From a virus, in IMG/VR virus record IMGVR_UViG_3300038701_002477, positions 1 to 37,540 of that record: a DNA stretch of 37,540 bases, one strand, 5' to 3'. The number at the start of each line of letters is the position of its first letter. Position 1 is the stretch's first letter. The translations under genes were made by a program, and so were the position numbers. Shown here piece after piece: positions 30,467 through 37,540 of the stretch. The notes beneath the pieces are model-generated. The model was not told where the DNA came from, made no database searches, and was given only the letters and a program-made list of their open reading frames with translations.

Positions 30467-32263
30467 TTAATTTATTTTCTTTATCTTTAATATTGAATAA
30501 ATATCTAAAGTTGCTGGATTTCCAGTCTCTCCAGATGCTGAAACTCCAAGACCATTGGAAGCCTGGGCCGCTTTTGTATAATGCCTTAACTCCAGTCTAT
30601 AGTAGTCATTAACAAGTAGCCTTCTTTGAATAGTCGCTCTATTACTAGCAAGGTTTGTATTATCTGCATAGGCATCTTCACCTGTAATTAAATAAGCTGT
30701 TCCATCAACGTCATACAAAAATAACTGATGATTATTTGTTGCAAACCCTGGCGCTGATGCGTCGATTAAATACTCACCCTTAATTAATCTTGGTTGATTT
30801 GAGGCTATACTTGTAAAATCAGAGTCATCACCTTCTCTGGAATTTAATGTTCTTATTTGAACAGTGTTAGCAGACGATGCCCCACCATCGGCCCCTGTTT
30901 TTTGATCATAATAAACAACTTCTTTCGATTCGATATTTGGATTATACCTAACTTCGTCACATAAAATAATATCACTACCACTATCATTATACATAACAGC
31001 AATGCACCGCCAAGGGTTATGAGGATGATAAAAACCAAGAAGATCAGGTCTATTATACGGTTCTATATCAGAAATAATAGTCTCACCAGTATCAGCTAGA
31101 TAAGCGTAATAAGTTGTACTTGCCTGCTCTGATGAATCATACATATCTGTTGCTGATGCAAGGTCAGTTGTTATGTTCCAGCTTTCATGATTAAACCCAA
31201 AGCTTAATTCATTTCCATAAACATTAACAACAGCATTTTCATTTCTCATCTGGACTATTTCAGTTGTACTAACTTCCATTTCCGCTGTATTGGTTTTTGA
31301 AAATTTTTGGTAAAAATCAAAAGACCTTGCAGCAACGCAATTTGAAGAGTCAATTGCAACAATACCAACCAAGGTTCTATTTATAATTTGAAAACTTGAT
31401 CCATCATATCTTTTCCAAGTTTCATTTGCCATGTCATACCAGTAATCACCAGTTGCAGGGCTGCTAGGCGCTGTATATGACCTTATTGGAGTTTTATAAG
31501 AAACATCAACAGTTGCGCCATCATTTTCTAGGAAAACCCATCCAGTAGAAAGAACTGTTATTGTATCACTATTGCTAAACGCTGTTCTATTAACAGGATT
31601 CCCAGATGAGTCATAAAAGAACCCTCTATGAATATCACTTAACAAAACAGTTGATTCAATATACGCAAGAGCGTATTCAGTTGATACACCTTCAATTTTA
31701 ATGGCCTGATACTGCCCTATAAAAGCCTGCATTTCAGCGCCCATACTACCAACGCCAATAGTTTCTAACTCAGCGTATTTCTCACCCCAGGTTCTAGTCG
31801 AGTCTTGATCTGCTGCTGATGATTCAGCAATTGTACATGTTGCAGTTGTTGAAGGACCAACAGTTAAGCTTGATTTTGTTATATCTGTTATGGCCTGAAC
31901 AGTTGCACCATTAATATCAACTACTAAATTAGTCGTTGCACCTTCCAATATAAAAGAAGCAGCAGCGCCATTTGGATCAATAAACTGAGGTTGATTTGAA
32001 GCAGATCTAGTTTTTCCTGAAACAATTCTATTTTTTGGCGCTGTTAATAAAGAAGTATCAACTGCATCACCATTTAAAATTAAGTTAGTAATATAAGCGC
32101 TACCCCAGGGAAGTGCATTTGTTCCTAAGTTTTGGCCAGAAGTTGCAACGCCTCCCGAACTTCTGCCTACAAAATCACCATTTAAAGAAGTATGAATATC
32201 ATTAAAAAATGTATCCAATATTGTTTGGCCTGATGCCCTATCTGTTAATGTATTTGTTCCCAT
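30467..32263 (-). CDS. Tail fibre / receptor-binding protein
   Basis: 598 aa with a Gly/Ser/Thr/Asn/Ala-rich, beta-type composition. It is the third gene after the tape measure. Confidence 0.5.
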   Translation of the reverse strand: MGTNTLTDRASGQTILDTFFNDIHTSLNGDFVGRSSGGVATSGQNLGTNALPWGSAYITNLILNGDAVDTSLLTAPKNRIVSGKTRSASNQPQFIDPNGAAASFILEGATTNLVVDINGATVQAITDITKSSLTVGPSTTATCTIAESSAADQDSTRTWGEKYAELETIGVGSMGAEMQAFIGQYQAIKIEGVSTEYALAYIESTVLLSDIHRGFFYDSSGNPVNRTAFSNSDTITVLSTGWVFLENDGATVDVSYKTPIRSYTAPSSPATGDYWYDMANETWKRYDGSSFQIINRTLVGIVAIDSSNCVAARSFDFYQKFSKTNTAEMEVSTTEIVQMRNENAVVNVYGNELSFGFNHESWNITTDLASATDMYDSSEQASTTYYAYLADTGETIISDIEPYNRPDLLGFYHPHNPWRCIAVMYNDSGSDIILCDEVRYNPNIESKEVVYYDQKTGADGGASSANTVQIRTLNSREGDDSDFTSIASNQPRLIKGEYLIDASAPGFATNNHQLFLYDVDGTAYLITGEDAYADNTNLASNRATIQRRLLVNDYYRLELRHYTKAAQASNGLGVSASGETGNPATLDIYSILKIKKIN

Positions 32264-32301
32264 GTTTTCCCCTGTTTTATATTATTATATTTATTTCTTA
32301 T

Positions 32302-33633
32302 TTAAGCAATTAAGGTACATCCTACTTTAGCCCCGCCAATATTGGCAACTTCGAAGCTATCACAATCAGTCCCTTCAGCGCATATAGTTGACTCACCTAT
32401 TCTAGCATATCCGACAAAGCAGCTAGCGGTATCACTATACCATCCAAATTGACGCAGCTTTAAAATGGTTTCAAATGTTGTTGGGTTTTCTGCAATCTCT
32501 ATAACCTTAAATGCAACTGCATCTGATATTGCAATATTCCCGAATGCCTTTGGTAAGGGCATTTCAGAGTCACCTATTTCAGTTTGGCCAATTATTGGTA
32601 AAAATTTTCCATCTTCATACCTTTCAACTCTTAAAGGATAATTCAAAGAAACCGGATCTAGCAAGTCTAAATTTTTAGCTATGTAAGTTGGAAGAGAAAC
32701 TTCACACTCTATTCTTGGCGTTTTAAATTCACTTAGTATTCTATTTGCAATAATTGTTTTTGTTGAAACCGTTGTAACGTATGACATACTTTTACTAAAC
32801 TGCCTGAAACCGTAATCTTGAACAAAACCATTATCACTAACTTCAGTATCTCCAATTCTTATAGAAGTAAATGTTCTATGAATTCCAGTATTGTAGTTTC
32901 TTACGTTGTGAATATTTTGCCTCATTTGCTCGTCAAATGGGCCGTATAAATTAAGCAAGCTTATATTTTCATAAGCTCTAGATTTAACAATCATATTATC
33001 AGATGAATCTATAATCAAAACTGAATTAGTTGCGACTAAAAGCTCATTAAGACCTTTTCTTACGTTTTTATTATCAAAAAAAGATCCATCATCAATTATA
33101 AAATCTTGATCAACGCTTATATTTGAAGCAGAATAATTTAAAACCCTTGTTATGTTGGCTTGGTTTAATATTGCTTTTATGGCATCAGATGCAAGCAATC
33201 CACTTGTAACTAATCCACCAGCAATTTTTGTTGTTCTAATAACAGAGTCAACTGACAAAACTCTAAATTCAACCTCTTCACTTGTTATATCTTGTTTTGT
33301 TGCCTCTTCATTTATTAGGCCTTTGAATCTTGTATACTCACCAGTATTGTCAGAGTATACTGCCCTAACTTTTGCCAGGTCTCTACTGTATGGGAAAATT
33401 GACCTTCCATCAGTCTCATTGTTATATTTTCCATTTATATTAAAAACCTTGATACCTATATCGCCATAAGTGTAGACGCCGACTTCATAATCTGAAGAGT
33501 CGATGGATTTTTTCATGGTCTTAGTTCCCTTATCAAGTATTTCAGCAGAAACTTCTATTTCACTTCCATAAACATCCTTACTCACTCTTGGAGTTATATA
33601 GATTTTGTATTGCTTTGAAGTAAAATCGGCCAT
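32302..33633 (-). CDS. Tail hub / tail-associated protein (positional)
   Basis: 443 aa and the second gene after the tape measure. Its start overlaps the upstream stop. Confidence 0.4.
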   Translation of the reverse strand: MADFTSKQYKIYITPRVSKDVYGSEIEVSAEILDKGTKTMKKSIDSSDYEVGVYTYGDIGIKVFNINGKYNNETDGRSIFPYSRDLAKVRAVYSDNTGEYTRFKGLINEEATKQDITSEEVEFRVLSVDSVIRTTKIAGGLVTSGLLASDAIKAILNQANITRVLNYSASNISVDQDFIIDDGSFFDNKNVRKGLNELLVATNSVLIIDSSDNMIVKSRAYENISLLNLYGPFDEQMRQNIHNVRNYNTGIHRTFTSIRIGDTEVSDNGFVQDYGFRQFSKSMSYVTTVSTKTIIANRILSEFKTPRIECEVSLPTYIAKNLDLLDPVSLNYPLRVERYEDGKFLPIIGQTEIGDSEMPLPKAFGNIAISDAVAFKVIEIAENPTTFETILKLRQFGWYSDTASCFVGYARIGESTICAEGTDCDSFEVANIGGAKVGCTLIA

Positions 33634-34472
33634 TAGATATGTTCCACCAAGTCAACGCTTGCAAGGTTTAATGGGTTTATATAAATGTTATTTGTATATT
33701 TTAATTTATAAGCATTCTTAACCTGCATCTGAATTGTATCTCTAAGTCTAAAACCAGGAAGGGTATATTTAAAAAATTCAGTCCCTTGCCTGCCTCCGCA
33801 TAGCCAAACTATAAAAGGATCTTCAGAGTCATGAAGATCAATCATTGCATCTATATCAACATTATAAACATCAGAGCTTGGATAATCATTGAAGGCAAGT
33901 TTAACTTGAAAAATCTCTAATGATTTTTGTATTGAATATTTTCCTGAAACTGTTTTTTTACTTCTCTGGTTCCTATCCATTTGAACTTGCTTAATATCTG
34001 GATAACCAACTAAGGTTGCAATTTCTTCAGTTGCTATTATTTGATTTATAAACTTTTCCGCGTCAACAACTTGAGTTGTATTAATTCTAATTCTTAATTT
34101 AGTTGTTGATACTGAAGAAAATTCAGCGTAATAAGTATCTCGCGAATAAGTTGTTTCAGTTATATTTGACTGACTCCCATCCACATCAACAACGCTTGAA
34201 AAATGAGTCCATACACCAGCAACATCATACATAACATCAAAACTTTTTCCGTTGAAGTTTTTTATAAAAATTCTATCTATTACTTTTTCTTCTGCAAAGT
34301 TAACTTCAATCTCTTCTGTTGTTGAGTCTGAAGATCCCGATGATCTGTAAAATGTTTCTTTATTATTATTAAGCAAGTTAATAGCTGATGCATTCCCAGA
34401 TATTGGAGCGGATACAGTAGCGTCTAATGCTTTTGACTTTTTAAAAAATTTTATTCCACCTGTAATGGCCAT
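33633..34472 (-). CDS. Distal tail protein (positional), with a possible N-terminal carbohydrate-binding-like module
   Basis: 279 aa and the first gene after the tape measure. The N-terminal region loosely resembles discoidin-type beta-sandwich modules. Confidence 0.4.
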   Translation of the reverse strand: MAITGGIKFFKKSKALDATVSAPISGNASAINLLNNNKETFYRSSGSSDSTTEEIEVNFAEEKVIDRIFIKNFNGKSFDVMYDVAGVWTHFSSVVDVDGSQSNITETTYSRDTYYAEFSSVSTTKLRIRINTTQVVDAEKFINQIIATEEIATLVGYPDIKQVQMDRNQRSKKTVSGKYSIQKSLEIFQVKLAFNDYPSSDVYNVDIDAMIDLHDSEDPFIVWLCGGRQGTEFFKYTLPGFRLRDTIQMQVKNAYKLKYTNNIYINPLNLASVDLVEHI

Positions 34473-34481
34473 AACATTCCT

Positions 34482-36536
34482 TTATGCAGTCTCTCTAAAT
34501 GAGTCCCTGCTAATACCAAGCGCTGAATCTTCAACTTGTCTAACGGTTACAATTTGACTTGCTTCTGGAGAATCATAAGTTACATGTATTCCTACCATTC
34601 CACCACCAGATCCACCTGTTATTTCATCTGCTGCCCTTTTAGCTCTGACTGATCCAATAACCTCTTCAAAATTTTGAGCAGGACTAATAAGCTCATTTTG
34701 CTGAGCTATAACTGGAACAGAGTCAACCCCTGGAACACCTCCAGTAATAACCATACCTTTTCTAGCTTTTCTTACTTGCCCTATTTGCTCAGCACCAAAT
34801 GCAACAGCAGCAGCAGCGCCTGCAATACCAAGTGCAGGTCCAATAATTGGTATAGTTGAAAATCCATTGTAAACATTCATCGCTGATTCAGCAGTTTTTA
34901 TAACAATATTTGCAATTGCTGCAACTTTTCCAATACCCTTTAAAGTCTCATTGCTTGATTGTGTAAGCTGGGCCAACTCTCCGAAAGCTTTTTTACTTCC
35001 TTGGTAAATCTCTGAATGCATAACTCTATTAATATTTGCGTATGCTGTTCCAAATTTTTTCTGATCTTCTAAGAATTTTTTATTTGATAATTGCTGAGCT
35101 TTAAACCTATCTTTTATGGCCTTATTTCTCATGTCTTGCTCTGTTTCTAGATCACCTGTAAGCTCTTCAACTGCCTTCTCTCTCTCTTCAGCTTTAAGCT
35201 CATTAAGCATTGCTTTAAGCTCTTCATCTTGCTCAATGAGAGCTTCAACCTGGGCAACTCTTGCCTCCATAATTGCATTAGTTGACTCTTCTGCCTTTTC
35301 TTCAACAGTTTCAGGGCCAGGAAGTAAAGTTTCTAGCATTTGATTTTTGTCAGCGCTAAAAGCTGGATCACTAACTATTTCTTCAAATGATTCAACAACA
35401 GCGCTTTTGACTTGGTTAAAACCTTGCTTAATCTGATCTGTATCAAGATTAAAAACACCTTTGAAAAAAGTTGCTATACCTTGGCCAATGTTAGTTATGT
35501 TTTTTGCGAATGTTTTGAATATAACTTGCATTTGAGAAAATCTTGACTCCCAATTAACCGCTAAATCAGTAAGAACAACAATTAAAAGACCTATACCAGT
35601 TGCGCTTATAAGGCTTCTAATTGAAAAGGTCATACCCTTAACAGCTATTTGCGCTGCTAATATTGCTTTTCTAAGCTTTATAAATCCAAGTACACCAGCA
35701 ACAACAACAGTTGTAACCCCTGTTAATGCTGTTCCAATAAGGAGCAATGAAGCAGCAGTTTTAACAAGAGTTTGATTTTCCCTTAATGTTAAAAACATGG
35801 CCTTAAGACCTTTAACCATAGGAAGTAATGCAGGCAAAAGCTCCCTTCCTATATCTTCAGATAAATCACCCATTATATTTTTTAACTGAATTATTTGGCC
35901 TGTTCCTGATGCAGAAGCTCTTGCTACGCCTCCAAATTGAGATTCAAGCTCTTTTAATATTATTTTTTGAGCGCCTGCAATATCACCTGTATCTTGGAGA
36001 GTTTTAATTAAGTCTTTTTGCTGATCACTAAAAGTAATACCAACTCTTGAAAGCGCTGTTAGGCCTACTGTTGGATCGTTAAGGGCCTTACCTAATTGAA
36101 TTGCACTAGATTTTAAGTCTTGCCCCATAGCTTCTGACATATCAAGCATGATTTCAGTTGTTCTAGGAAAAACATCTTTGCCAATATTTTTAAATGTTAA
36201 CAATAGGTTTTGGCCGCCTATGATTGCCTCGTCTCCAAACTTGGTTACGTTTTGCAAGGCCTCGGCCATTTTAAATATTTCTTCAGCGCTAAGGCCCGCT
36301 GCTTCTCCAGTTGCCTTAATAGTTTGGCGAGTCTTTATTTCAGCTTGTTCTTGAACAGCATAGGCGCTTACAACTCCAAAAACAGCAGCAGATAGACCTG
36401 CAAAAGCTATTGCAGAAGTTTTTGCAACGCTTGTTAATTTATCTTCTAAATTTTTTGTTTTTGAACTTATTTCTTTTAGTGCATCATCATATTTCTTTAT
36501 ATCTGCACTGACTCTAATAATTAATTCATCGGCCAT
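34482..36536 (-). CDS. Tail tape measure protein
   Basis: 684 aa, directly after the G/GT chaperone pair. It has coiled-coil stretches and several hydrophobic segments (AIAFAGLSAAVFGVVSAYAV, LLLIGTALTGVTTVVVAGVLGFI, GIGLLIVVLTDLAV), plus a Gly/Ala-rich C-terminal segment. Confidence 0.85.
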   Translation of the reverse strand: MADELIIRVSADIKKYDDALKEISSKTKNLEDKLTSVAKTSAIAFAGLSAAVFGVVSAYAVQEQAEIKTRQTIKATGEAAGLSAEEIFKMAEALQNVTKFGDEAIIGGQNLLLTFKNIGKDVFPRTTEIMLDMSEAMGQDLKSSAIQLGKALNDPTVGLTALSRVGITFSDQQKDLIKTLQDTGDIAGAQKIILKELESQFGGVARASASGTGQIIQLKNIMGDLSEDIGRELLPALLPMVKGLKAMFLTLRENQTLVKTAASLLLIGTALTGVTTVVVAGVLGFIKLRKAILAAQIAVKGMTFSIRSLISATGIGLLIVVLTDLAVNWESRFSQMQVIFKTFAKNITNIGQGIATFFKGVFNLDTDQIKQGFNQVKSAVVESFEEIVSDPAFSADKNQMLETLLPGPETVEEKAEESTNAIMEARVAQVEALIEQDEELKAMLNELKAEEREKAVEELTGDLETEQDMRNKAIKDRFKAQQLSNKKFLEDQKKFGTAYANINRVMHSEIYQGSKKAFGELAQLTQSSNETLKGIGKVAAIANIVIKTAESAMNVYNGFSTIPIIGPALGIAGAAAAVAFGAEQIGQVRKARKGMVITGGVPGVDSVPVIAQQNELISPAQNFEEVIGSVRAKRAADEITGGSGGGMVGIHVTYDSPEASQIVTVRQVEDSALGISRDSFRETA

Positions 36537-36874
36537 TATCTCTCCATGAATTCAAGGCGCTTTCTTTCAATTGCTTTTTTTCTAGCTATATCCATTGCTG
36601 TTTTTTGATCTTCTGTTAAGCTAACTTTCTTCTCACTATTTGAAACCTCTTCAGATCCTTCTGGTTTTATTCCCCTTATGGCCATTTCAAACTCTCTATT
36701 GTTATTCAATCTTTTGTTTATGCAGGCCAATCTCCAATTTATTTCATGCAATGTTCTTTCTAAAATGTATTCAGTAGTCCATCCATATTCACTAGATAAC
36801 AAATCTAGTATCTGATCCCACCCTAGCGTTTCTTTGTTTTCTTTTTTCGAGTCGTCTTTTTTTTTACTTCTTTT
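36536..36874 (-). CDS. Tail assembly chaperone -1 frame extension (GT-like C-terminal part)
   Basis: The -1 frame is open from 36874 down to 36536 and overlaps the end of the G-like ORF. The track start, TTG at 36802, is probably not used independently. It contains the GW..EYILE..L.EI motif common in pre-tape-measure proteins. Confidence 0.6.
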   Translation of the reverse strand, partial: KRSKKKDDSKKENKETLGWDQILDLLSSEYGWTTEYILERTLHEINWRLACINKRLNNNREFEMAIRGIKPEGSEEVSNSEKKVSLTEDQKTAMDIARKKAIERKRLEFMER

Positions 36875-37323
36875 TCAGCGTGGTTATTAATAACTTTATT
36901 AATTCCATCCTTAAGCTTTTTTACCATGTCATCAGATTCTTTTTTCCCATATCCCATTGACTGGAGTATTGCTCCATAAATATTATACTGCTCATTAATG
37001 CCTTGAATTGAATTCATTAATAGTTCATAACCACCCATCTTCTTGACTGTATCTTCGCCTGTTAATGGGTTGATTATTTTAACTTCCTGGGCCTTAAATT
37101 TTACAGCGCTTTCATATTCCATCAACCCCATAGCTATTTTTGAAACATTTTCAGCGCTTGGCATACTTAAAAGCTTTTCAATATCTCCAACGTCAGTTGA
37201 TAAGGAAACCAACAGCCCACCAGTGCAGGGTTTTAAGGCAAATTCAAAATCTCCAAATTGCGTTAATTTGAAGGTTGATTTTGTGGGCATCAAACTAGTT
37301 AAATCAATTTTACTTTTTTGCAT
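36823..37323 (-). CDS. Tail assembly chaperone (G-like, frame 0 product)
   Basis: 166 aa, immediately upstream of the tape measure region. Its Lys-rich 3' end contains two A_AAA_AAG heptamers. Confidence 0.7.
   Translation of the reverse strand: MQKSKIDLTSLMPTKSTFKLTQFGDFEFALKPCTGGLLVSLSTDVGDIEKLLSMPSAENVSKIAMGLMEYESAVKFKAQEVKIINPLTGEDTVKKMGGYELLMNSIQGINEQYNIYGAILQSMGYGKKESDDMVKKLKDGINKVINNHAEKEVKKKTTRKKKTKKR
36841..36862 (-). promoter_or_regulatory. Programmed -1 ribosomal frameshift sites (two A_AAA_AAG heptamers)
   Basis: The minus strand reads GTA AAA AAA AAG ACG ACT CGA AAA AAG in frame 0. The heptamers lie at 36862-36856 and 36847-36841, and both fall inside the window where the -1 frame is open. 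Confidence 0.65.
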
Positions 37324-37376
37324 AATTACCTCTTTGATTATTATATTGTCTTTTAGTCTTATATAACATAAATTTT

Positions 37377-37405
37377 ATGTCATGATTAAAGATAGATTGT
37401 ATAAT
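37377..37405 (+). promoter_or_regulatory. Candidate sigma70-type promoter for the plus-strand gene (ATGTCA-N17-TATAAT)
   Basis: ATGTCA at 37377-37382, a 17-nt spacer, then a perfect TATAAT at 37400-37405. It lies about 80 nt upstream of the ATG at 71 (equivalent to 37484) once the genome is circularised. Confidence 0.35.
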
Positions 37406-37413
37406 ATTTATGC

Positions 37414-37540
37414 CTTAATTTGCCCAATAGATAAAGAAGTTAAATATATAGGCGTAACGTGTCATAAAAATCCTAAAAATATTATGAGTTATCATTTATC
37501 TGATAAACCTATAAGCGGAGTTGGTTATTCAAAAAAAATG
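37414..37540. repeat. Terminal direct repeat, copy 2 (identical to 1..127)
   Basis: Same 127-nt string as the window start. It contains a duplicate of the first 57 nt of the plus-strand ORF that starts at 71. Confidence 0.95.

Overview
The window is a complete, AT-rich genome of a tailed dsDNA phage. Bases 1-127 are identical to 37414-37540, so the unique length is 37,413 bp. This points to a circular, circularly permuted or terminally redundant genome.

Every convincing gene but one is on the minus strand, and most are linked by ATGA or short start/stop overlaps. Reading in the direction of transcription and wrapping across the junction, the modules are:

1. **Early / replication-recombination module (27711 down to about 12458).** It starts with a small Cro-like HTH gene behind a palindrome-rich promoter. 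It then encodes a Sak4/AAA_24-type ATPase, an SSB-like protein ending in DIPF, a DEDDh exonuclease, an SF2 helicase and an Amidase_3-type hydrolase. Next come a run of small coiled-coil and Zn-ribbon proteins, a pentapeptide-repeat protein and a membrane-anchored YiiX-like permuted papain-fold protein. It ends with a VRR-NUC nuclease, a Wzy/WaaL-like polytopic membrane protein, a Toprim plus SF3 primase-helicase, an iteron-rich candidate origin and many small ORFs.
2. **Packaging / head / connector module (12281 down to 550).** It holds a putative TerS, an orphan beta-class DPPY methyltransferase, TerL and a portal. The head set is Mu/SPP1-like: MuF-like protein, protease-scaffold fusion, DUF2190-like protein and major capsid protein. 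Connector proteins and a putative tail tube protein follow, and a strong bidirectional terminator closes the module.
3. **The single plus-strand gene (71..508).** It encodes a ribbon-helix-helix/MobC-like protein.
4. **Tail module (37323 down to 27855).** It opens with a G/GT-type chaperone pair carrying two A_AAA_AAG slippery sites, then the tape measure, distal tail and hub proteins and a tail fibre. It ends in a cluster of small membrane proteins plus a 259-aa lipoprotein.

A tape measure is present and no sheath-sized gene is, so the tail is predicted to be non-contractile (siphovirus-like). I recognised no integrase, transposase, partition genes, tRNAs or CRISPR array.

All functional calls rest on motifs read from the supplied translations and on gene order. 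No database search was possible.
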